Assembly: GCF_902713615.1 (NCBI RefSeq) | Contig: NW_024056036.1 | Location: 248,001 to 312,000, forward strand | Source: Scyliorhinus canicula | Taxonomy: Eukaryota | Direction: 5' to 3' | Length of the DNA: 64,000 nucleotides | Part shown: piece after piece, positions 11,761 through 23,446 of the stretch | Layout of the letters: each line of letters starts with the position of its first letter | Position numbering within the stretch: position 1 is the first letter of the stretch | The notes under the pieces: generated by a model | The model's input: only the letters and a program-made list of their open reading frames with translations | The model's database searches: none | Told to the model about the DNA's origin: nothing | Program-made: the position numbers and the translations under genes

Positions 11761-14700
11761 CACAAGTCACAAAGTTAAATAATGATATTATTCAATTATC
11801 ATCAACACAACATAAAAAGTTGCATTCGCCAATTATGATCCGCGCTTTATTTTACAAAATGTAAATACAATTCATTTAAGGGAGGTGGATTTGAGACCAG
11901 GAAGAGATCAGCCATGATGATTGAATGGCGGAACAGGCTTGAAGGGCTTAATTGCCTATTTCTGCTCCTAATTCTTTTCTTGTATGTTTAACATAATTTA
12001 TTGAGATTAAAGGTAATTGAGAGAGCATTGACCATTCTGTCACCAAGAAGTCACATTGCATCAGAATTCAGTGTGAAATAGAATTAAACCACACCGAGGA
12101 TAATGTGCAGCTACCCAGCAGCCTCTGCGCTGTATTGGTCAGTAATCACCTCATCGTCACACAGAATCGCCAGACTGGAGTGTGAGATGATTTTTTAAGT
12201 GCCGGTAGAAATAAAAATGCCTTTACCTAATGTGACTTTAATGAATCTTTACTTCCCAATTTGTTATTACACTGTTCTGGAAAGTAATTCAACATTTACA
12301 GCTGTCCACTGAGTTTCACAGTATTTCTGTTTTCACGTTAATATGTTTTTAGTCTGGTGTCTTCATTAATTTGGGTGAGGACATCTGGAGTGACTTATTG
12401 TACACGAAATGGCCACATGTTCCAAATATTACAGCCGTCCCTCCTCAATGTAATCACGTCCCCGCTTTCTGACTTTGAGATGAAGATTCACCATCAGCAG
12501 AGAAGAATCACCAGAACCGCAGGAATATCTCCAGTTTCCTCTCAGTGACGTCCATTTCGTCAGTTCCCGATAGTCTGGGGAGGGAATTCACCCAGAACAG
12601 CATCAGCCACCGAATGATTCAGGCTGACACAAATTATAAAGGACCAACTTTAATTTGTGAAATCATCAAGCGCAAAACTGAGAATGTAGAACAGCATCTT
12701 TCAGGGCCATCTATCCATCCATCCATCAACCCCATTCACTGAATCCTCAATCACAATATTCAGGCATCCAGCTAACACTCATCTCTACATCAAATCAGTG
12801 ATCCCTTTATATTTTGGGTGGACGGTGATGCAGTATTAATGTTATTGGGCCAGTAATAAAAATGCCCGGGTACAAATGCTCGGGTGCAAATCCCACCATA
12901 GTCGGAGGGGGAATTTGATTCCACTTAATACATCTGGAATACATATTACATGAAATCCGCTCTGTTTCACCAATGAAGGAAATCTGTCATCCCTCCCTGG
13001 CTTCACCTACATCAGGCTCCAGTCGGACAGCAACATTTCTGACTCTTCCGTTCATTCTGAACTGGCAAAGCAAACCACTCAGTTCAAGAGTAATTAGGAG
13101 CAGAGTCTTGTATTGAGTCCCACAATCCATGAAAGTATATAGCGGGAAAACATGAATATACATGTTGGTCTGTTACAAATGGACCCTCTGTCTGTTAGTC
13201 TGATTGTATTTCTATCCGTCATCACAATGTTATGAGATGTGGGAGAGATCCTCCAGCGGGATATTGCTGCTAAGAGGGACTACAAATCCTTTCCATAGAA
13301 ATGGGAACAGAACAAATAGGTTCACAATTTAAAACATAAAATGTTCTCCAGTCCTGTTGCTGGGTAGATTTGTTTATAAATAGTTCTCATTGACAATGTT
13401 AAGAGTTTGAAGTTGGCTTGCAGCCAAGCTGTCAGTACTGAGCCAACAGATCTCTGAAAAAAAAATCCAGATGCTTCCTGTAAACAACATTGAACATTCG
13501 AGCCTCCCTGACTGCAGGCGGCTGGATTGCTGCCAAATACTGTGTGGGGCAGATTAGCCTGAATATGAATGGATTAAATGGGATTGATCCATTCAAACAA
13601 TAAATGTTTAGTCGCACATGAAGTAAATGTTTTAAATGGTGTTCCATCTAAATAAATATATTCGGTGAATGTTCTGTTCACTCTTAGAATAAACATGATC
13701 GGAAAATAGTAAATTGACTCGTGCTATTTAATTTATATAAGTTCCGAGTAAAGGTCACTCTAGTTATGAAAGTCCGTTTGTGAAGAACCTAATGAAGTGA
13801 GAGTGAGTGGTGTTGATGGACCCAATCCACAAGCCCAATAAAATGAGGGGAATTGCAAAAAATATAAGTTGAAATAAAAGAAAATCATAAAAGTGCTCAA
13901 AACCCGCCGGAATTCCTGGAATATTCTCCGAGTTGTTGACCCCATTTAAACGGTGGAGTCTCTTATATCTGATCAGCACCGTGTTCTGTACAGTTTAATT
14001 TGTGCTGATTTCCATTATTTAACAGTCCCTCTTATTGCTGCCAATGAGTGGAGAAATGACCAGTTCATGACCTGCTTCAGTGGAAGATAAAACATTTATT
14101 CCTGTGATATTGTGTAATATGCCGCAAAGTCCTGATATCATGTGTTCCCAACACCAGTGAATGTTAGACAGCCGGTGGTCAGTAAAATTAGCGGCAATGA
14201 TTTAGATGCTGAATGATAACTTTGCTATCGCCGCGTCCGTTCGGATTCATTAACTTCTCTGTCAAAAGCTGATGTGAATCTTATGCCTGAATTATCAGGC
14301 AAGCGGCTTCTTTTACCGCTAATGTTCTCAGGACTGTCAGAGGCTCAGGGGCAGTTCGAGAAATACCAGGAGAAACATGGTGTAATGTGAGAGTTTCTTC
14401 TTGTCCCCAGACCTACATTGTTTAATGATAGTCGTGCACCATTTAAATCGAATCACTTTATTCATTGCCCGTATTTAGTTACAGAATTCGAGAACAATTC
14501 TTCTGATAAATTATAAGTTATTGTTTTAATTGGATAGAGACCCAGAGTTGTTGCAAATTAGACAGACAGACGTCTTATTCCCTGTTAATATAATTCCACC
14601 TCTTTGTGATCATCCACTTATGTTGGAGTACAGAAATAAAGGACTGAATTTACAATGGAATTAAGTTTAATTAACAGATGCGAAAATATAAATTCACCAA

Positions 14701-14809
14701 TAGGATGATGAGAGACATTACAATGAATCCATTCAGCCAAACAAATATCCCGATACAGAAAAATGTCTATTTTAATAATAACCTATAGTAAATATCTGGG
14801 CCAATTCTG

Positions 14810-14925
14810 TTCGGGGAGGGGAGGGGGGGGTGGAAGGGGGGACGTGGATCCAGCCGCCGCCTCCACCAGGGAATCAACAGGCGGCGCCTGGAAAGCCGCC
14901 CCCTTCTGCCCGGTATTTAAATGCC
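14810..14925 (+). promoter_or_regulatory. Putative VH promoter: G tract, GC boxes and TATA-like box
   Basis: G-rich tract 14813-14843, GCCGCC/GGCGGC motifs 14852-14900, TATTTAAA at 14914-14921 about 100 bp upstream of the leader ATG. Confidence 0.6.
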
Positions 14926-15012
14926 GCTCACTGGGACCCGAATCCAACAGTCCGGGAGCTGGTTTGTTCACTGAGTTCCTGACACAACCATTTCCCCCAA
15001 ATGACCAGAAGG

Positions 15013-15058
15013 ATGAGGTGGGCCATTTCTCTCAGTTTGTTGCTGACTTTCTTATCCC
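15013..15058 (+). CDS. IGHV: IgH V leader exon (MRWAISLSLLLTFLS + phase-1 base); in-frame upstream ATG at 15001 adds MTRR
   Basis: Hydrophobic signal peptide; donor GTGAGT at 15059; C+GT split codon (Arg) keeps frame with the V exon. Confidence 0.92.
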
Positions 15059-15186
15059 GTGAGTAGTTTTTATTGTCCAAGTCTCTCACTGTTACTGTCT
15101 CAGTGTTAGTCTCTCTCTGGAATGTTCCAGAGTCACCAATCATTTCACCAGCATTAATCCTCGGGCTTTTTGATATATTTTTACAG

Positions 15187-15491
15187 GTGTCCAGTCGGAT
15201 GTTGTGTTGACTCAGCCAGAGGCAGAGACCGGGCGTCCCGGAGGCTCCCTGACACTGACCTGTAAAACCAGCGGCTTCGATCTTGGCAGCTACTGGATGA
15301 GCTGGGTCCGCCAGGTTCCCGGACAGGGGCTGGAGTGGCTGCTTTGGTACTCTAGTTCATCCAGCAACAACTACGCCCCAGCCATTAAAGATCGATTCAC
15401 TGCGTCCAAAGACACTTCAAACAACATCTTCTCTTTGGCCATGAGGAGCCTGAAGACCGAAGACACCGCCATCTATTACTGTGCAAGACAC
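15187..15491 (+). CDS. IGHV: IgH variable segment (VQS|[47 protein letters not shown]...[10 protein letters not shown]), germline, intact
   Basis: Acceptor ttacag at 15186; canonical Cys, Trp (WVRQ) and YYC motifs; no stops; followed directly by an RSS. Confidence 0.97.
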
Positions 15492-15530
15492 CACAGCGAG
15501 AGGAACCAGGGCTGGACCCGCACAAGAACA
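15492..15530 (+). other. V 3' recombination signal sequence (RSS), 23-bp spacer
   Basis: CACAGCG (15492-98), 23 bp, ACAAGAACA (15522-30). Confidence 0.93.
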
Positions 15531-15900
15531 GCTTGAGAGGGAATTCAGCAACTTGCACCTTAACCTAAAGGTCAGCACTTGATTCAAATGTAATATTAAT
15601 GTCAGTGATCAGAGTCAAAACACAAGCTGCTTCTTACATAATTAACACAGAGAAAATTAAACAGTGAAACCGAACAAACTAATCGATCTAATAGGATGAG
15701 CTCTTGTCTGTTTATATTTACTGTTCACATTTTCAGAAATTACAGACTTGGTAATAATCATCGTTTTATTATTTCTGATTCTTGGAGAAAGTGTATGTAC
15801 ATTGGGTTTTATGAACTGCTGTCAAATTGTAAATTAGATCAGAAGTAAACGTGTATTTGAAGTGAATATTGAGCGGCAGAGCTGAACAGAGAGTGAGTGC

Positions 15901-15928
15901 AGTTTTTGTGCGGGTGTCTGTCACTGTG
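15901..15928 (-). other. D1 5' RSS, 12-bp spacer
   Basis: AGTTTTTGT, 12 bp, CACTGTG on the + strand. Confidence 0.93.
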
Positions 15929-15940
15929 ACTACAGTGGGT
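15929..15940 (+). other. IGHD: D1 segment ACTACAGTGGGT
   Basis: Flanked by 12- and 22-spacer RSSs; all three forward frames are open (TTVG / LQW / YSG). Confidence 0.93.
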
Positions 15941-15978
15941 CACAGTGCTGTGCACAGCGACATCCTCATACAAAAAGC
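15941..15978 (+). other. D1 3' RSS, 22-bp spacer
   Basis: CACAGTG, 22 bp, ACAAAAAGC. Confidence 0.92.
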
Positions 15979-16279
15979 TCAGTGATAGAGTTTGTTCAAA
16001 TTGGTGATCAGCGCCACAACAGGATTGTCAAGGCAAATGAGGCTTAAATAAAACACAATATTAGTTTGCAAAAAGGTATAAAAATCTTCCACTTTATCAC
16101 TGTTGACCGACTCGCTAAATGTGCACAGAAGGTTTAAAAGTGTTCAGATCCTCTTTATAAATGTAATGACCAGGACAATCTGAAATAACTCACCCATTCG
16201 CTCTTGGAAGAGACAGAATTTGTTTTTTGAGTGAACAGTGAAATTAAATCTCTGTATTTTACAGTTAACAGTCTGCCGC

Positions 16280-16307
16280 AGTATTTGACACGCTGTGTCT
16301 CACTGTG
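16280..16307 (-). other. D2 5' RSS, 12-bp spacer, non-consensus nonamer
   Basis: AGTATTTGA, 12 bp, CACTGTG. Confidence 0.85.
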
Positions 16308-16317
16308 ATAGCTGGGG
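16308..16317 (+). other. IGHD: D2 segment ATAGCTGGGG
   Basis: Flanked by 12/12 RSSs; one forward frame begins with TAG. Confidence 0.9.
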
Positions 16318-16345
16318 CACAGCAGTTACTGTCAATACAAAAAGG
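16318..16345 (+). other. D2 3' RSS, 12-bp spacer
   Basis: CACAGCA, 12 bp, ACAAAAAGG. Confidence 0.9.
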
Positions 16346-16666
16346 CCCTCAGCACTAATTCACTGAGGCTGGCTCAGTGCTCGATTTTACAATCCAACTT
16401 TATTTACAGTGAAGCATTATTTATTTCCAACACTGACAAAATAATAAGAATTAATATGGAAATTTGGTGGTCGTTAGTTAGTCACAGTTGGTGTTTTCAG
16501 TAACATTTCCATATCTGTGAAATGTAAAACATTCGGTCATTTATGAAGAGAGAACGGTACCACAAATATTAATATAATTTCCTGAAAATTAATCGTGAAT
16601 TTTCTTTGCCGTTGGTTTGTGAATATTTAAAATAATGCTGGATTTCTGTCTATTTTGTGCAGATGC

Positions 16667-16705
16667 GGTTATTGTATGGAGCAGCTCAGGGAATGTGACA
16701 CTGTG
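16667..16705 (-). other. JH RSS, 23-bp spacer
   Basis: GGTTATTGT, 23 bp, CACTGTG. Confidence 0.93.
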
Positions 16706-16753
16706 ACGCCATGGACTACTGGGGACAAGGCACCATGGTGACGGTGACTGCAG
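16706..16753 (+). CDS. IGHJ: JH segment (AMDYWGQGTMVTVTA)
   Basis: WGxG motif; phase-1 donor GTAAG at 16754. Confidence 0.97.
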
Positions 16754-16939
16754 GTAAGAACCATTCCGTCATTTACCAACTGTTTTACTTGAGTATTTGT
16801 TTTATATTTTTCTGCATTTTCAAAATCCATTCGTTCACTGAAATGTGTTTTGGTGGATCATGTATTGCGATGTTGTTGCAATGTTTAATTTGATTCTGCT
16901 GAAAGGGGGACATAGAATCCCGAGGTTTCTTGACAGAAA

Positions 16940-18170
16940 GATGCTGCTGAGGGATTCAGTCCCTGTTTGCTGTGATTTGATGTTTATTTGCTGAGGATAC
17001 TGTGTGGCTGGGTTACTTTAAATACAAAACGTCTGTTTTTACCCCATGTTTAATATCGGTTCTATCTAATGTCTGCAGCTTGTATCGTCTTCCGCACAAG
17101 TGTTTGAGATCGAACCCAACATTGACAAAATGTGTTAAAGTTTCTGTATTATCTTATTGAACATATTCTGCTTACTGAAAGTGCTGATGGTATTATTCAA
17201 GTTTTCTGTTTAGTTTACCTGTTCATTCATTTGATGACATGAGGGTTTGGTACATTTTAAATTGAGATTTTCTTGCAATGTTACATTTGATTCTTTTGGA
17301 GGTGTTTGTAGAATTGAGCTGCTTCTCTATGATGTTTCACTCCTTCAGTGATGTGATTTGGTGTTTTCCTGCTGAGGAATGTTTTTGGGTGACTTTGTGT
17401 AGAAAAGTTTGTGAAACGGTTTGGCGTGTCAGTATTGTTTCAACTCGGTGACACTGAGCGGTTACACGGTTTGTGATTGAATGCAGAGTCTGCGTGTTGG
17501 AAACTGCTTGTCGCAGGATTGTCGGCAGAGAACAGGGAGGCTGTTTCTGCATCTTGAAAAAAAAGTGAAAATTGCAGATTAAACTAAGCCACATTTTACC
17601 ACAAATCCTTTCCGAGCAGAAGTTGTTGCTGCAATCAGTTTGCCGTTTGTGCAAAGTTTAATTTCGGTGGCATCTGATGGTTGCAGCTTTTACCATCAAC
17701 TGCAAACATTAAAAGCATTTAAATGTGTTTGAAAAATGACTCAGTATGAATAAAATGGTTAAGTTTCAATATTTATTTGTTGTTAATATTCGAGCACCTC
17801 GCAATGCTATTGCTGTTATTCCACATTTCTGTTTAGTTTAATAATTCATACAATTGGTTACGAGCTGGTTTGCTGGATATTGATATTTTCTTGCAATGTT
17901 AAGTTTGATCCTGTTCGATGTAGAATTGAGCTGCTTCTCCATAGACGGGTTTCAGTCCTTCATTGATGTGATTTAGTGTTTTGTTCTGTTGAGGAGATTG
18001 TGTATCTGGGTGACTTTAAATGATTCAGATCTGTCAAACGGTTCAGCGTTTCTGCATTGTTTAAACTCGGTGACACTGAGCGGTTACACGTTTTCTGGTT
18101 GAATGCAAACAGTCTCGGCTTTTGAAAATGCTTGAAGGGCGAATGTCGGGAGAAAACAGCCAGGTTTAAG
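16940..18170 (+). repeat. Degenerate direct repeat, 2 full and 1 partial copies, 3' of JH
   Basis: ~17255-17530 aligns with ~17878-18170; partial third copy at ~16945-17035; identical 27-mer at 17442-17468 and 18064-18090. Confidence 0.75.
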
Positions 18171-20469
18171 AAAATAATCTAATAAAGATATGTTGATGCA
18201 TTTTGTTATTTTAACTGAAGATTCCAGATTAAACGAAATAATGACTGAAACGCCCATGCCGAACATAGTAACATTTATATATTTCAAACAATTGCAATGC
18301 GGTGATACAACTCCATATTAACCAATGATTATTTTATATTAATATAATTCATCATTAATCACCTTTTACAATCCTGCTGTGTTCTGCACGAGGTTAACAT
18401 GACCGGACAGGTTTCTAGGCTGGAAATACTTTGTAATTCCAGTTATTCTATTATTTCTGTGGCGCTGCAACCATAGTATACCTTCACTGTAATGTGTAGT
18501 TGGATAGCGAGGGAATTATCACTAACCTAACCTGAAACAGGTTTCTGAGATGTGGACGTCGCTGCCAAGCAAGGAATTGTTCCCATGATTTTATTTGTAT
18601 TATAGGAAAGTTCAGATTGCCTATGACAAGAGATTGAAAAGTAAAAGCTTGAATGTCAAACCGATTTATTTATTTACAAAAGGTTAACAGTACCTTTGCA
18701 TTTTATAATGACATCCTGTCTCCCATAGCTGTGCTCTACACACGATAGAATTATAGGAAGAACAGATGATAGGAAAGAAAGAATGATTATATCTTAACTT
18801 TAGGCTTAAATTTTATTAAATGCTAAATTCAACATCAAATTGTCGACGCTACTTGCTCATAATGTGTCAGTTTTACAAATGATTTGAATAAACATTACTG
18901 AGCTGGTCTCGTTATATTCATTACTTTCTGAGAATAGATGGAGTTTATGATTTATCAATGCGTTCAGAAAGGCGCATATTTTGCACATTTGTAGGTCGAA
19001 TAGGGCAATTGGAGTTTAAAAAATTAAAATGTGAATACAGTCAATTAAATGTTAAGATGTTTCCATCTAGTAATTTGGAGTTTATTGCTCAACATTGTTT
19101 GATTGTCAGGTTGTTTTAATTAAACCCCAATTATTTCATAAAGCTCTGGGTAAAACAAGTTAGGGATTATTGAAAGCTATTTTTGTTATATTTATTATTA
19201 TAGTACAGATAATCGAATAAAGAATTATCTGACAATTAACAATAACTTACAATACAATATCAGTGAGAATTAATTCAACATAAATGACCTCCTACAATTG
19301 AGTTGTATCCTGGCAATATCTCAAATGTTTTAGAGAACTTTAATAATATCTGAAATGTATTTAGGAAACAATACATTTCTTTACACTGCTGTGTACAGCT
19401 AAACTCTTTTGCTGATTACATTCTTTTGCTCTGATTCTTTTGCTGATTACATTTAATTGTGATTTAGATCATATCAGTGGGTAATGTGAATATTTTCTGG
19501 TTTGTTTAATTATTGCCCTGTCACTGAGTCTCTGTTCCGTCATTAATCTACCCTGAATCTGTAATATTTAATCTGCTCATTTTCAGCAAAACTACTTTTT
19601 GCCCAATTATCGAGATTTGAGACAGACAGGGAAAAATAGTTAAAAGTCGAATATGATATTGAAATTAATGTCAGTTTAATTTCAAATAAATTACTGAATT
19701 ATTGTTGTCGGAAGTTGACCATTGATCAATTAGAATCAAACAGTTTCATGAAACTGACAGATTGAACAGATCTATCTGCTGGAACTCGATTGTTGCCATG
19801 TGTGTCTGTTCAGTTTCTGTGCGCGCGGTCACTGTGCTGGGACCAGGAATCTTCCTGGCTGGTTATAAATCTTCTGCTTCATTTTCCAGTATTTCAGGGA
19901 GTGCAATTTGATCAAGTCCTTCAATAAAACTTGTATCTGTGAGAAATGTGAAAATTTTACTTGATGTTTGACAAGGCGACTCAGAAAGGTGATTCCTCAT
20001 CCAGATTGTGACAGAAAGAATTCAGCAACGCCAGACAACCTGTAGAAGGAGATTTGGTTGATTTTTAAGCAGTGATATATTGGTCTTGGGAATTTTCGAT
20101 TAGGCAACGCAGAGAGAGAGTTACTGGGTTACATTCCGTGCTATTGTAATTCTTGATCTATTTAATGGGTCAGTGCAGCGGAGAAATCCCTTTGCATTTT
20201 ATTTTTAATCCTATCCTAGGATTCTGGAGGCGCTGGCAAGGCTAGATTTTATTATATATGCCGAAGTGACCCCCGGAAAGTTTAGATGTGAAACATCCTT
20301 GAATAATTGCAGTCCATGTTGCGGAGGGATATCCGCGATATTGTCAGGGAGGGAGTTCCAGAATTTTGACTCGGCGACAGTGAAGGAATGATGGTGTATT
20401 CCTAAATCAGGATGGTGAGTGTCTTGGAAGAGAATTTGCAGGTTTTGGTGCACTCATACATCGACAGAA

Positions 20470-22080
20470 ACATATACACACTCTCGCTCTCTCACACACA
20501 TTCTCTCTCATCCTCACACAAACTCATTCTCTCACACACATAATCACAATACTTCTTTAAACATACACACTGTGCCTCGCACACAATGATTCTCACAATC
20601 TCACTCTCAGACACACTGTGACGATCTGCCTCTCTCACACACACATTCGCTCACACGCTCTCACTCACACACGCTCTATCGCACACGCACTCTCTTTCAC
20701 CAAATCTCTCTGATACACCTTGCCTCTCTCTCTCTCTCACCCACGCTCAAACACACAGACCCTCTCCCTCACATACATGCATAATCGCTCTTCAAACACC
20801 GCATGTTTTCCTTCAGGCTCTCTCTCACACGCATTCCCTCTGATACATACACAATATCTCAGACGCACACAAACTCGCCAACATATTATTATCCTCTCAC
20901 TCTCACGCACTCTCACGCGTGCACCCTGGCACATGCCCTCTCTCTCGTGGACACTGTCTCATTCTCTCCCTCTGACAAACAATCTATCTCTCTCTTTCAG
21001 GCATGCGGTATCTCACTCTCTCATATTCCCTCTCTCTGACACACACACTCTCTCATACGCACATTCTTTCTCTCACACACTCCCTCTCTATCACAGACAC
21101 ACTATCTCAGACACACAGATCTCTCTCTCTCTCACACAGTCTCACATCCATAATCGCTCTTCAAACAGAATCATTCCTTCTTTCACACACACAATCTCAA
21201 ACATACTATCACTCTCCCTTTCTCTCACACACTTCCAAAGACACACACATGCACCCTGTCACACACATACATTCTCCCACCTGCTCTCTCTCTCATGCAC
21301 ACTGTGTCCCGTGTCTCTCTCACACAATCTCTCTCTTTCGCACATGCACACTCTCATACACACACACACATACTCACACAAGCACTTATTTCTCTCTCTC
21401 TCTCACACAAACACTAGTACATACATATCTCGTAAACACATTTTCTTTCACTCAAACACAGACATGTTCTTTGGCAAACTCTATCACACGTTTTCAGAAA
21501 CACACAAACGCATCCCCACATTCTGCCTCTCTCTGACACACGTGGTCTCTCTCTCTCTGTCTTAGGTACACACCCACATGCTCTCTAATCTCTCACACAC
21601 ACTCAATCATACACACCCTATCTCGAACTCACGCACACAATCTCCCATTTCCACACACTCACACACACATTGCCTCTCTCACTCACACAGAAAATCTCAC
21701 ACACACACATCCCTTCACACACATTCACACAAAAACTCTCCCTTGCACATTATTTTATTCTCCCTCTAACACCTATCTCACATACATACACGTACTCTGT
21801 CTCTCTCTCTCACACACACACAGGAACACACACATATGTTCACAAACACTTACACTCAGAGGCGCAACACAGCAACATACACACAATCAAGAAAACACAC
21901 ACACACAGCAGCACACAAACAGGAACAGACACACGCTCACAGACAAACATGAACACCGAGGAACACGTACACAGGGATACAGAGGGATACACACACACAC
22001 ACGGGAATGGATACACGCTCACACACACATACACAATGAACACCTAGGAACACGCACACAGGGACACACATAAAGAACAC
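20470..22080. repeat. Degenerate (CT)n/(CA)n simple repeat
   Basis: ctctctcacacac-type low-complexity sequence. Confidence 0.9.
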
Positions 22081-22697
22081 ACGGACAGCTGAGAGTGACT
22101 GTTCGTGACATCAAGGCAACATTTGAACCAGTGTTGCATCAAGGAGCCCAAACAAAACTGGAGTCAATGGGAATGGGGGGAAATTCCCCGCTGGTTTGAG
22201 TCATACCGAGCGGAAAGGAAGATGGTTTCGGTTTTTGGAGGTCAATCATCTCAGTTCCAGGACATCACTGCAGCGGTTCCTCAGTGTCGGCCCCACCATC
22301 TTTAGCTGCTTCAGCAATGACTTTCCAAAAGTCAGAAGTTGGGATTTTGGCTGAACATTGAACGATGTGCAGCACCATTCACGACTCCGCAGTTACTGAA
22401 GCAGTCCATTGCTAAATGCAGCAAGATCTGGACTATATCCAGGCTTGGGCTGACAAGGGGAAAGGAACATTCGTACCAGACAAGTGCACGCAATGGACAT
22501 CTCAAAGAAGCGAAGATCGAACGATCACCCCAATGCCATTCAATGGAATTACCATCGCTGAATCTCCTGCTGACCATTGACCAGAAACTGAACTGGACTC
22601 GCCATATACACAGTGTGGCTGTGACAAGAGGTCAGAGACTCGGAATTCTGCATCCAAAACACCTCCTGACGCCCCAAAGCCTGTCCACCATCTGCAA

Positions 22698-22826
22698 CAC
22701 CAGGTTAAAGTCCAACAGGTTTGTTTGGAATCCCTAGCTTTCGGAGCGCAGCTCCTTCATCAGGTGAGTCACCTGAGTGAGACTTCTTACTGTGCTCACC
22801 CCAGTCCAACGCCGGCATCTCCATAT
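22698..22826. mobile_element. Short internally inverted Penelope terminal insertion with TSD
   Basis: 12-bp TSD caccatctgcaa at 22686-22697 and 22827-22838; the inserted sequence matches Penelope termini at 50239 and 52192. Confidence 0.8.
22735..22763 (-). ncRNA. Minimal hammerhead ribozyme core (Penelope type)
   Basis: Minus strand reads CUGAUGA-A-GGAGC-UGC-GCUCC-GAAA-GC-UA: conserved core, 5-bp stem II and palindromic AGCU stem III. Stem I is weak. Confidence 0.65.
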
Positions 22827-23446
22827 CACCATCTGCAAGGCACATTCAGGAGTGTGATGGAATACTCTCCACTTGTCTGGATGAATGCAGCTCCAATGAC
22901 ACAAAAGTAGCCCGCTTAATTGGCACACCATCGACAACCACTCTCTCCCTCCACCGCTGAGGAACAGTCGCATCAGTGTTTACCACCTACAACATGCTCT
23001 GAAGGAGCTGGTCATGGCTGCTTGGACAGCACCTTCAAATCTCACAACAGCTACCATGTGCACAAGGACAGCAGATACATGGGAACATCACCAACTGGAA
23101 TTTCTCCATTCAGCCTCTCACCATCGTGATCTCAAAATATCACATTGTTCCTTCAATATCCATGATTCAAAATTCTGGAGCTGCCTCCCAAACACCACAT
23201 GGACTGCAGTGGTTGAAGAACGAAGCTCACCACCATCTTCTCTAGGGCAATGAGAGGTGGGAAATAAATGCTGGTCCAGCCAGAGACGTCTGCATCACAA
23301 GAATGAAGAAAACACACTCTCTGACACAATATGACAATAATTTTACGGCCTGAAATTGACATTTTCAACATGAAAATCTATTAAGTTGGAGGAAGGTTCA
23401 TTGTTCCAGTTCCGAATTGTTTTGTACAGAATGAAATTACACCGAC

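Larger units (their letters stand above)
22090..23300 (+). mobile_element. Degenerate CR1/L2-type LINE RT and 3' fragment
   Basis: The peptide RWFESYRAERKMVSVFGGQSSQFQDITAAVPQ resembles LINE RT motifs (W..SYL..R.Q.V ... GVPQG). Confidence 0.65.

Noticed and set aside
12543-12553. CRE/TCR-decamer-like agtgacgtcc
   Set aside because: It is a single imperfect match ~2.5 kb upstream of the leader with no supporting context.
17431-17458. Possible 12-RSS agtattgtt-12-CACTGAG (also near 18074)
   Set aside because: The critical GTG end is GAG and the nonamer matches only 5/9.
20720-22047. His/Thr/Ser/Leu-rich ORFs (also 24076-24384 and 35968-36583)
   Set aside because: These are translations of CA/CT simple repeats.
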